A DNA stretch of 64,000 nucleotides. Source: an uncultured Gemmatimonadales bacterium (GTDB lineage: Bacteria > Gemmatimonadota > Gemmatimonadetes > Gemmatimonadales > Gemmatimonadaceae). The stretch's first letter is position 1. Each line of letters starts with the position of its first letter. A program made the translations under genes and the position numbers. The stretch spans positions 1,280,001 through 1,344,000 of the forward strand of contig OY969695.1 in NCBI GenBank assembly GCA_963701965.1, written 5' to 3'. This document shows, piece by piece, positions 1-8,464 of the stretch. The notes beneath the pieces were generated by a model that worked only from the letters and a program-made list of their open reading frames with translations, was not told the origin of the DNA and did no database searches.

Positions 1-1603
1 GCGTCGTGTACTGGCCGTCGGGCGTGATGGCGATGACCGCGCGGAGCGCACTGGCGCCGTCGATCAGGCGGCGTTGGCCATCGAGGATGTTGCCGTCCGG
101 GTCGCCCAGGTGAATCATCGGCACCTTGCGACCGTCCATGTAGACGCGGAAGATCGAGTCCTGCGTCTCGTCGCTGACGTACAGGAAGTTCGCGGGATCC
201 CAGGCGGGACCCTCGGTGAAACCAAAGCCCGTCGCGATGCGCGCGAGTGGGGTGCCGGCCGGCACCAGTTGTCCGAACGCCGGCGCATCGACCTCGAGGT
301 GAAAATCCCGGGACTGGCGGCTGGTGCAACCCGCCGCCGCCAACACCAGCGCCAATGCCGCGACGATCATCCGATCCGGGCGAATGGCGATCCACGCCAG
401 AGCGCCAATGACGCACAGCGCCGCGGCCACGAGAAACGGCGTCGTCCATCCGTATTTGTCGGCCAGGTACGGCGTGAGCGACACCGTCACCATGCCGCCC
501 ACCTGGGCCCCCATGTTCACGACGGCGGACACCGCGCCCGTGGAGGGACCGGAGATATCGGCGCTGACCGACCAGAACGAGCTTTGGGCCAGGTACAGTG
601 TCCCCGCACCGCCGGCCAGCACCAGGCTCGCGAGTTGGGGGCTATCGACGAACATCCCGGCCGCCAGGCAGACGGCGGCCAGGCTGATGCCGACCATCGC
701 GACGCCGGCCCGGCCAACGCGCCGGCCGTAGCGCTTCGCCAGACGATCGCTCAGGAAGCCGCCCAGCAAGGAGCCCACGGCCATGCCAATGAAGGGCAGC
801 ATGCCGTACAGAGCGCTCGATTTGAGATCCATTCCGCGAACGGTGCGTAGGTAGATGAAAAACCAGGAGAAGAAGATCCAGGCCGCGTAGCCGTAGCAGA
901 AGTAGCTGATCGTGAGGAGAATGATGTTGCGATCGGAAACAATCGTACCCCACCGGAGCGGCGGCCCCTGCGGCGCCTGCCGCAGGGTGATGCCGTCATC
1001 GGGCGTGTCGCGCGCGAGTGCATACCAGATGACGCCCGCGATGACGCCAATGGCGGCGCAGACGAAAAACGACACGCGCCAGCCGTGGTAGAACATGACG
1101 TAGGCGACCAATGGCGGGGCGATACCCGCACCGAGGCCGACGCCCGTGAAGATCACACCGTTCGCCAGACCGCGCTGGGGCACCGGAATCCACGCAGCGA
1201 CAATGCGATTGGCGGCCGGGTACATGATGGCCTCTCCGGCGCCCAACGCGCAGCGGACGAGGATGAGCACCGTCAACGCCGAGGCGATGGGAGGCACCGC
1301 CGCGGTGAGAGCGCTGAAGACCGCCCACCAGATGACGGCCAGGGTGAGCGCCGAGCGGGCCCCGAGGCGGTCGGCGATGCGGCCGGCGGGTGCTTGGCAG
1401 ATCGTGTATCCCGCCAGGAACGCACTCTGCACCCAGCCCAGCCTGATGGTGCTCATCCCGTAAGTCTGCATCATCGCCTGGCCGGCGATCCCCAGGTTCG
1501 CACGGTCCAAGTAGGCGATCGCGCTGAGTACGAGCAGCCACGCGATCAGAACCCAGCGAAAACGTCCGGTGCGAGTCACGCGGTGGCCACTCATTGCGGC
1601 CAT
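1..1603 (-). CDS. ACS-family (D-galactonate/glucarate-like) MFS transporter fused in frame to an SMP-30/gluconolactonase domain; runs off the left edge of the window
   Basis: Manual translation from ATG 1603: RWVLIAWLLVLSAIAYLDRANLG, GRIADRLGAR, LVRCALGAGEA (ACS MFS motifs). No stop before MIVAALALVLAAAGC...IATGFGFTEGPAWDP...LYVSD...GDPDGN (SMP-30 propeller motifs). Missing from the ORF track because the stop lies outside the window. Confidence 0.8.
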   Translation of the reverse strand, partial: MAAMSGHRVTRTGRFRWVLIAWLLVLSAIAYLDRANLGIAGQAMMQTYGMSTIRLGWVQSAFLAGYTICQAPAGRIADRLGARSALTLAVIWWAVFSALTAAVPPIASALTVLILVRCALGAGEAIMYPAANRIVAAWIPVPQRGLANGVIFTGVGLGAGIAPPLVAYVMFYHGWRVSFFVCAAIGVIAGVIWYALARDTPDDGITLRQAPQGPPLRWGTIVSDRNIILLTISYFCYGYAAWIFFSWFFIYLRTVRGMDLKSSALYGMLPFIGMAVGSLLGGFLSDRLAKRYGRRVGRAGVAMVGISLAAVCLAAGMFVDSPQLASLVLAGGAGTLYLAQSSFWSVSADISGPSTGAVSAVVNMGAQVGGMVTVSLTPYLADKYGWTTPFLVAAALCVIGALAWIAIRPDRMIVAALALVLAAAGCTSRQSRDFHLEVDAPAFGQLVPAGTPLARIATGFGFTEGPAWDPANFLYVSDETQDSIFRVYMDGRKVPMIHLGDPDGNILDGQRRLIDGASALRAVIAITPDGQYTT

Positions 1604-1683
1604 AATAACGCCATCTTGTCGCACGCGCCGTTTGACGGCAGGTTGTCTTGATTCGTGTGACATCTCGCTGACCGGAGGAACAT

Positions 1684-2115
1684 TTGCGTTCGATGCTCGT
1701 TCTGCTCGCGCTCTGCGCGGCACCCTCGCTCCAGGCCCAGGAGCGCCAGGTCTACAATCCCCCTGGCCTTCCCGCCAACCTCCCGTTCAGCAATGGCATC
1801 CGCGTGGGCGACATGCTCTGGATCGCCGGGACCGAGGGGACGGTGACCGGGGACATTGAGTCGGAGACTCGCACCGCGCTCGAGAACATCAAGAAGACGC
1901 TCGACGCGGCGGGGTTCAAGCCGAGTGAGGTGGTACAGGTGACGGTGTATCTCAAGGATATCGAGGATTTCCCGAAGATGAACGCGGTGTATCGCGAGTT
2001 CTTCCCCGATCCCAAACCCACGCGCACGACGGTGCAGATCGCGCGCCTGGTCAACGACGCGCGCATCGAGATCACGTCGGTCGCCGTGCGGGACCACGGC
2101 AAGAAGTCGCCGTGA
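1684..2115 (+). CDS. RidA/YjgF family protein with N-terminal signal peptide
   Basis: PFSNGIRVGDMLWIAG, VQVTVYLKDIEDFPKMNAVYREFF, PTRTTV, RIEI. TTG start with GGAGG upstream; hydrophobic signal ending LQA-Q. Confidence 0.9.
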   Translation: MRSMLVLLALCAAPSLQAQERQVYNPPGLPANLPFSNGIRVGDMLWIAGTEGTVTGDIESETRTALENIKKTLDAAGFKPSEVVQVTVYLKDIEDFPKMNAVYREFFPDPKPTRTTVQIARLVNDARIEITSVAVRDHGKKSP

Positions 2116-3353
2116 CGACGCGCCGGGGGTTCGTCGAGCAGACGTTGGCGGCCGGAGCCGCCCTGACACTCCGGTTACCGGAGAGTCAGGCCGTCCCCAA
2201 ACCGGTCGACTACTACGACAAGTTGGGCGTCGCGAAGATCATCAATGCCGCCGGGACGTACACCTACCTGACGGCGTCGATCATGCCGCCGGAAGTCCAG
2301 GCGGCCATTCAGGTCGCCGGGCAACACAACGTCCGGCTGCGCGACCTGCAGGCCGCGGCGGGGACATATCTGGCCAAGCGTCTCAAATGCGAGGCGGCGC
2401 TCGTGTCCTCCGGTGCCGCGGCGGCGCTGTCGCTGGGCACCGCGGGCTGCATGACCCTGGGCAACCCGGATGGCGCCAAGGACGTACCGGCCCGCGCCGG
2501 AGCGTTCAAGCACGAGGTCATCATTCAGAAGGCGCACCGGTTTGTACACGAGCACGCGTTGGAGATGTGTGGCGCGACGCTGGTGGATGTCGAAACGCTC
2601 GCCGACTACGAGCAAGCGTTCAACCCGCGCACGGCGTTGGCGTTTTTCTTCAATGCCGCCGAGGGCGGGCAGATCACGCGCGAAGACTGGGTGCGCGTGG
2701 CGCGCGCGCACGGGGTGCCGACCTTGATCGATGCCGCAGCCGACGTGCCGCCCATCGCGAATCTCTGGAATTTCGCGGCGATGGGGTTCGACCTGGCCGC
2801 ATTCTCCGGCGGCAAAGGCATGCGGGGCCCGCAGAACGCGGGGCTGTTGTTGGGTCGCGCCGATCTCATCGCGGCCGCGGCCGCCAACAACAATCCCAAC
2901 GATCGTTCCGTCGGCCGCGGGATGAAGGTCGCCAAGGAACAGATCATTGGGATGGTAGCGGCGATCGACTGGCTGCTCGCTCGCACCGACGACCAGATCG
3001 AAGCCGAGGCGCGGCAGCGCGCCGAGCGGATCGCCGCGGCGCTGCATGGTTTGCCGACGCTCACCACCGAGATCTTCGTCCCGCCGATCGCCAACCACGT
3101 GCCGCATCTCATGATCCGGTACAACCAGCAACGCATCGGCATCGCCCCCATCAATGTGGCGCAGGCGCTCAGCAAGGGGCAGCCGGCGATCGAGCTGAAC
3201 CCGGGCACGGGGCACGCGTCGGGGGCCGCCGGACTGCACTCCGACGAACACACGATCGTGGTCGGCCCTTGGATGATGCAGCCGGGCGACGACGTTGTTG
3301 TCGGACGACGGTTGCGCGACGTGCTCCACGCTGCCGTGCGCCCGGAGGCATAG
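2112..3353 (+). CDS. SelA-like PLP enzyme (DgaE / D-glucosaminate-6-phosphate ammonia-lyase-like) with Tat-like signal
   Basis: IINAAGTYT, IDAAAD, FSGGKGMRGPQNAG (PLP Lys), GRGMKVAKEQIIG; N-terminal TRRGFV; GTGA overlap with the RidA gene. Confidence 0.8.
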   Translation: MTTRRGFVEQTLAAGAALTLRLPESQAVPKPVDYYDKLGVAKIINAAGTYTYLTASIMPPEVQAAIQVAGQHNVRLRDLQAAAGTYLAKRLKCEAALVSSGAAAALSLGTAGCMTLGNPDGAKDVPARAGAFKHEVIIQKAHRFVHEHALEMCGATLVDVETLADYEQAFNPRTALAFFFNAAEGGQITREDWVRVARAHGVPTLIDAAADVPPIANLWNFAAMGFDLAAFSGGKGMRGPQNAGLLLGRADLIAAAAANNNPNDRSVGRGMKVAKEQIIGMVAAIDWLLARTDDQIEAEARQRAERIAAALHGLPTLTTEIFVPPIANHVPHLMIRYNQQRIGIAPINVAQALSKGQPAIELNPGTGHASGAAGLHSDEHTIVVGPWMMQPGDDVVVGRRLRDVLHAAVRPEA

Positions 3354-3385
3354 CGGGAACAGAACATGCGTTAAATAGCTGGCCT

Positions 3386-4330
3386 ATGCGTGCGGCCGCG
3401 ATCGCGAAGTTTGGTCCTCCGTCCGTCCTGCGGACCATCGACGTGCCCGCACCGTCGATTGGTCCGCGCGACGTCTTGATCGCGGTCCACGCCGCCGGCG
3501 TCGGTGGTTGGGATGCGAGCACCCGCTCCGGGGAGTGGGCCGAGAGGCGCCAGCGTTTTCCGCTCGTGCTCGGCTCCGATGGCGCTGGCGTCGTCGCGGC
3601 GGTCGGAGCGCGCGTGCGCCGGTTCAGGGTCGGCCAACGCGTATTCGCGTTTGCCTATCAAAATCCAAAAGGCGGCTTCTACGCGGAATACGCGGCGGTG
3701 CCCGCGGATCTGGTCGCACCGATCCCCCGGCGCCTCGATATGCGCCAGGCCGGCGCTGCCGCGGCAACGGGCATCACGGCGCTGCAAGGGATCGACGATG
3801 TTCTCCGCATCCGCCGCGGTGAGCGGGTGCTGATCTTCGGCGGCACGGGAGCGGTCGGTACGCTGGCGATCCAGTTCGCGAAGCGCCGGGGCGCCCACGT
3901 CATGTCGACGGCGACGGGCCGCGCCGCGCAGCAGCTGGTGCGGCGCCTCGGGGCCGAGGCGGTCTTGGATGCCCGTAGTGCGCGGGCTCTGGCGCAGTTG
4001 GACGCCTGGGCGCCGGACGGCGTCGACGCGGTGCTCGCGCTGGCCGGCGGGCAGGTCCTCGACGCGTATCTCGATCGCGTGCGTCCGGGTGGACGCGTGG
4101 CGTACCCGAACGGCGTCGCGCCGGCGCCCCCACGTCGACGCGGATACCGGCTACGAGCGTACGACGGGGTCGCCAGCCGGCCTGCCTTTGCGCGCCTGCT
4201 ACGCGCGATCGACGAAGCGAAGCTGCGGGTGCCGATCGCGGCCACGTACCCGCTCGCCCAAGCGGCCAAAGCCCATCAGCGCGTCGAAAAGGGCCATGTG
4301 CTTGGCCGCATCGTGCTGCGGGTCGGTTAG
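3386..4330 (+). CDS. MDR-superfamily NADP-dependent oxidoreductase (quinone oxidoreductase-like)
   Basis: VLIAVHAAGV, PLVLGSDGAGVV, GGTGAVGTLAIQFAKRRGA, GRIVL. Start placed at ATG 3386. Confidence 0.88.
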   Translation: MRAAAIAKFGPPSVLRTIDVPAPSIGPRDVLIAVHAAGVGGWDASTRSGEWAERRQRFPLVLGSDGAGVVAAVGARVRRFRVGQRVFAFAYQNPKGGFYAEYAAVPADLVAPIPRRLDMRQAGAAAATGITALQGIDDVLRIRRGERVLIFGGTGAVGTLAIQFAKRRGAHVMSTATGRAAQQLVRRLGAEAVLDARSARALAQLDAWAPDGVDAVLALAGGQVLDAYLDRVRPGGRVAYPNGVAPAPPRRRGYRLRAYDGVASRPAFARLLRAIDEAKLRVPIAATYPLAQAAKAHQRVEKGHVLGRIVLRVG

Positions 4331-5040
4331 TCGAGCAATCCGGCCTCGACGGCGAAGCGCACGTACGCCGTGCGATGGTCGAGTCCGATTTTCTCCCGAA
4401 TGCGACGCTTATAGGCGTCGATAGTCTTGGTGCTGATCGCCAGCCGGCGGGCCATCTCCACGCCGCTGTACCCCTGCGCGATCAGTCGCACGACCATTTG
4501 CTCGCGGTGGCTGAGGCGGTGAAATCGACTGTGGGCCGAGTCGGCCACCCGCTGGGGCACGACGGCGGTCGCGAGCAACCGCGCCGTGGTCGGACGCACG
4601 TACACGTCGCCGGCAGCGACCACCCGTATCGCTTCGATCAGGTCGCGGGACGCCGACTCCTTTGTGAGATATCCCCGCGCGCCAGCCTCGAGCAACGCGA
4701 CGAGACGCTCGTGCTCGGCGTGTACGGTCAGGATGAGCGCCGGCACCGGCGATGAGATCCGCGCCAGATCCCGTACCACGGCCAACCCATCGGCGCCGGG
4801 CATATCGAGATCGAGAATGACGAGGCTGGGCCGAAGCCGCCGCACGAGCTCGACGGTCGCGGCGCCCTCGCCGGCCTCTCCGATCACAACGATATCCGGC
4901 GCAGCGCGCAGCACCAGGCGCAGACCCTCGCGCACCATTGCATGGTCGTCGGCGAGGATGACGCGAATCGTTTCCCCGCGTATCGCCACACCGCGCCGGA
5001 CATATGCGCGGTCTCCGATAAGCGCGTCCGGCAGGGTCAT
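4327..5040 (-). CDS. NarL/LuxR-family response regulator
   Basis: RVILADDHAMVREG, LDLDMPG, GYLTK, and a C-terminal LuxR HTH (LSHREQMVVRLIAQGYS). Confidence 0.92.
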   Translation of the reverse strand: MTLPDALIGDRAYVRRGVAIRGETIRVILADDHAMVREGLRLVLRAAPDIVVIGEAGEGAATVELVRRLRPSLVILDLDMPGADGLAVVRDLARISSPVPALILTVHAEHERLVALLEAGARGYLTKESASRDLIEAIRVVAAGDVYVRPTTARLLATAVVPQRVADSAHSRFHRLSHREQMVVRLIAQGYSGVEMARRLAISTKTIDAYKRRIREKIGLDHRTAYVRFAVEAGLLD

Positions 5041-5669
5041 GGCGCGGCCGGGATCGTGAACCCACATGAAGTCCCTCTCCCCGCCCCGGTCTTGACGCCC
5101 ATCACGCCCCCATGCGCCTCGATCAACTCGCGCGCGATCCCGAGGCCCAATCCCTGACCGGGATGCCGCGCCATGCCGGGACCGGTATCGCGCACGGTGA
5201 ACCGGACACCCGCCGTACCACGTCGCGCCGACACCCTCACGCGCCCGCCCCGTGGTGTGAACTTGAGCGCATTCCCGACCAGGTTGGCGAGCACCTGGAC
5301 GAGCCGGTCCGGATCGGCGAATACGCAACCCAGGTCGTCGTCGCCTTCGACGACCAAGTCGAGCGCGCGCGCCCGGGCCGCCGGCGCGAACATCACGCGC
5401 ACCGCGACGAGGATGTCCGACACCGCCACCGGCCGCCGTAGGAGACACGTTGGGCCCGTCTCGTGAATCGCCTGGTCGCGCAGATCCACCGTGAGGTGCC
5501 GCATCCACACCGCGGAGCGCCGGATCATCTCGGCCACCCGGCGTGTCTCGACGAGCGATGGCGGATCGTCGGGGTCGAGCAGCGCTCCCGCGCACATCTC
5601 AATGGCCGAGAGCGCGTTGCCAAGATCATGCGAGACGACCTGTACCGCGCGACCCAACGCCATCGACAT
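5037..5669 (-). CDS. Minimal sensor-less histidine kinase (HisKA + shortened HATPase)
   Basis: VSHDLGNAL H-box, QVLANLVGNALKFT N-box, DTGPGM G1, GLGLGIARELIEAHGG G2. No input domain. Confidence 0.8.
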   Translation of the reverse strand: MSMALGRAVQVVSHDLGNALSAIEMCAGALLDPDDPPSLVETRRVAEMIRRSAVWMRHLTVDLRDQAIHETGPTCLLRRPVAVSDILVAVRVMFAPAARARALDLVVEGDDDLGCVFADPDRLVQVLANLVGNALKFTPRGGRVRVSARRGTAGVRFTVRDTGPGMARHPGQGLGLGIARELIEAHGGVMGVKTGAGRGTSCGFTIPAAP

Positions 5670-5774
5670 CGGGGCCCCGGAGTTGTATTCCCAGCAACTC
5701 TCGCGCCGATTTGTCTGACGCCCACTTCGCGATGATCTGGTACCTTCGCGCAAGGCGTTCCGCATTCTTTCGGT

Positions 5775-6359
5775 ATGCCTATCCCCGCGATTGACGTCGA
5801 TGCCCTCGGCAGGAACTGGTGGGCCGTGCTGCTACGCGGCGTGGTGGGCATCCTGTTCGGCATCGTCACGTTCATTGCCCCGGGCCTCAGCCTCGCCGCG
5901 CTCGTGCTGGCGTTTGGCTTCTATGCCATCGTCGACGGGGTCCTTTCGATCGTGAGCGCCCTCCGGCGGCCGAGTGCGGTCGACCACTGGTGGGTCGTGG
6001 TGCTCGAGGGGCTCGTGAGCCTGGCCGCCGGGCTCGCCGTGTTGTTCTGGCCACGCATCTCGGCGCTGGCCTTGTTGTATGCCGTTGCCATCTGGGCGCT
6101 CGTCACCGGCCTGTTCGAGATCGGCGCCGCCATTCGCCTACGCCGCGTAATCACGGGCGAATGGCTGCTGGTGCTGAGCGGCATCGCCTCCATCGTACTG
6201 GCCGTCGCCCTGTTCATGTTCCCCGGCCTTGGCGGGCTCGCGCTCGTCCTCTGGATCGGGGCCTACGCGTTCGTATTCGGCATACTGGTCGTGGCCTTCA
6301 GCCTGAAGCTCCGCTCCTGGGTCCGCACGCACCCCGCGCCGCTCATCGCGCCAGGCTGA
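5775..6359 (+). CDS. HdeD/DUF308 family membrane protein
   Basis: NWWAVLLRGVVGILFG; six hydrophobic repeats. Confidence 0.88.
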   Translation: MPIPAIDVDALGRNWWAVLLRGVVGILFGIVTFIAPGLSLAALVLAFGFYAIVDGVLSIVSALRRPSAVDHWWVVVLEGLVSLAAGLAVLFWPRISALALLYAVAIWALVTGLFEIGAAIRLRRVITGEWLLVLSGIASIVLAVALFMFPGLGGLALVLWIGAYAFVFGILVVAFSLKLRSWVRTHPAPLIAPG

Positions 6360-8427
6360 ACGTCCCGGTCAGCGGTCCGATCATGACGTCGAAGGCGCCC
6401 GGCTCGATCACCGGGCGGCCATCCTGTCCCACGTAGGAGAGATCGCGTTCCTCGAGCGTGAACGCGAACGTGTGCGACGCGCCCGGCTCCAGCGTCACGC
6501 TGTCGAATCCCTTGAGCCGTCGCACGGCCGGCGTCAGGGACGCGTAGTGCTGGCGCGTGAAGAGGAGCGCCGTCTCTCGGCCGGCGCGATCGCCGGTATT
6601 CGTGATCGTGACCCGCACCGTGAGGCGCTCCCCTGCCCGAAGGACGGACCGGCCCAATCGGAGATCGGCATAGTCGAACGTCGTATAGCTCAAGCCCGTG
6701 CCCAGCAGCCACTGCGGCGCGAAACCGCCGGGCCCCCGCTCGAGACTCGCGTCGAGCGTCTCGGTGAAGCGATGGTCGTCCAGGAGCAGCGCGTGCGGAT
6801 GTCGGGGGTACGTGAACGGCAGCCGCCCACTGGGGTTGGTCTCGCCGAACAACACATTAGCGATCGCGTCCGCGCCTTCCATTCCGGGCCAGTAGGCCAT
6901 CAGGATGCCCCGCGCCACGTCGGCGATATCCTGAATGATCCGGGGCCGGCCTTCGGCCAGCACGAGAACCACGGGTACGCCGGCGCCCGCGAGGTCGGTG
7001 ACGAGACGGCGCTGGGGCTCGGGCAATGTCAGGTCGGCGATGTCGCCGAGCCACTCGGCGTAGGCATCCTCGCCGACGGCCACGATCGCGACGTCGGCGT
7101 CCTGGCCGGCGGCGACGACGTTGCTCGTATAACGACCGACCGCGTCGGCGAGCGTGGCGATGCCGGACGGATAGATCGAGGCATCGGTTCCTTGCCAGGA
7201 GTAGGTCCAACCGCCGTTGAGCATCGTCAGCGAGGTCGCGCCCGGTCCGGTGACCAGGACCCGCGCGTCCCGGCGCAGCGGCAGGATGCCATCGTTCTTC
7301 AAGAGCGTGAGCGACTCGCGCGCGGCCCGGCGGGCGACGTCCCGCGCGGCGGGCGTCGCCAACACGGCGCACGGGTCGGGATGCCACGCGCTGAATAATC
7401 CGAGACGGACTTTAAGGGAAAGAATCCGGGTGACGGAGGCGTCGATGCGCCGGGAGGAAATGGTGCCGTCGCGCACGAGCGCCAGTAGATGATCGGCGAA
7501 GGCGTAGTTGTCCGGAGCCATGCACACGTCGATTCCGGCTTCCACGATGAGGCGCACCGCATCCCGTATCGTGGGCGCGACCCGATGGCGCGTATGCAGA
7601 AATAGGACGTCGGCGTAGTCGGTCACGGCGACACCGGTGAACCCGAGCTCCTCGCGGAGGACGTGGGTCACCCAGTACCGGCTGGCGTGCACGGGCATGC
7701 CGTCGATCTCGCCGGAATTGATCATCACGGTCTGGGCGCCCGCCTCGATCGCGGCGCGGAACGGCGGCAGATAGTGTTCGCGCACGTCGCGCTCGCTGAG
7801 CGCGGCTGGCGTCCGGTCCCGTCCGGTCCGGGAGCCGCTGTATCCCACGAAGTGCTTCATCGTCGCCGCGACGCGGCCCGAAGACTGGAGACCCAGGATC
7901 GCCGCGCGGCCGAGCTCCGCCACGAGATGCGGGGCCTCGCCAAACGTCTCGTAGAACCGGGGCCAGACCGGTTGGCGTCCCGCGTCCAGCACCGGCGCGA
8001 AGTTCCAGGGCAGACCGGAGGCCAACGTCTCCCGCGCGGTGATCTCCGCGGTCTCCCGCACGAGACCGGGATCAAACGTGGCGGCGAGTCCAATGTTGTG
8101 CGGGAAGATCGTCGCGCCGCGCGTGAAATTGGCGCCGTGAACCGAGTCGATGCCGTAGATCACCGGGATGCGGAGTCGCGTCCCGGCGGCCACCTCCTGG
8201 ATCTGCCCCACGACCGCGTGCCACTGATCGAGGGTCTGGGCGACGTCGATGATGTTGAGCATGGAGCCGACGTGACGGTCGACGATCGCCTCCCGCAGTT
8301 TGGCGGCGTCGAACCGGATCGCGCCCGACGGATCACGGGTCGCCACGGCGGCCACCGTGAGCTGCGTCATCTGGCCGATCTTCTCTTCGAGCGTCATGCG
8401 CTCGAGCAACGCGTCGACGGTGCTCAC
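6343..8427 (-). CDS. GH3 beta-glucosidase (BglX-like) with Fn3-like C-terminus
   Basis: MTLEEKIGQM, GIDSVHG, WNFAPVLD, TMKHFVGY, VTDY nucleophile, LLKN, NPSGRLPFTYP. Confidence 0.93.
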   Translation of the reverse strand: MSTVDALLERMTLEEKIGQMTQLTVAAVATRDPSGAIRFDAAKLREAIVDRHVGSMLNIIDVAQTLDQWHAVVGQIQEVAAGTRLRIPVIYGIDSVHGANFTRGATIFPHNIGLAATFDPGLVRETAEITARETLASGLPWNFAPVLDAGRQPVWPRFYETFGEAPHLVAELGRAAILGLQSSGRVAATMKHFVGYSGSRTGRDRTPAALSERDVREHYLPPFRAAIEAGAQTVMINSGEIDGMPVHASRYWVTHVLREELGFTGVAVTDYADVLFLHTRHRVAPTIRDAVRLIVEAGIDVCMAPDNYAFADHLLALVRDGTISSRRIDASVTRILSLKVRLGLFSAWHPDPCAVLATPAARDVARRAARESLTLLKNDGILPLRRDARVLVTGPGATSLTMLNGGWTYSWQGTDASIYPSGIATLADAVGRYTSNVVAAGQDADVAIVAVGEDAYAEWLGDIADLTLPEPQRRLVTDLAGAGVPVVLVLAEGRPRIIQDIADVARGILMAYWPGMEGADAIANVLFGETNPSGRLPFTYPRHPHALLLDDHRFTETLDASLERGPGGFAPQWLLGTGLSYTTFDYADLRLGRSVLRAGERLTVRVTITNTGDRAGRETALLFTRQHYASLTPAVRRLKGFDSVTLEPGASHTFAFTLEERDLSYVGQDGRPVIEPGAFDVMIGPLTGTFSLAR

Positions 8428-8464
8428 CCGACCACAAGACTAACGCGCGGCCTTATACTGCTCC

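Noticed and set aside
2112..3353. True selenocysteine synthase SelA
   Set aside because: Tat-like signal, RidA partner and no selB/selC/selD in the window; motifs fit the DgaE-like branch.
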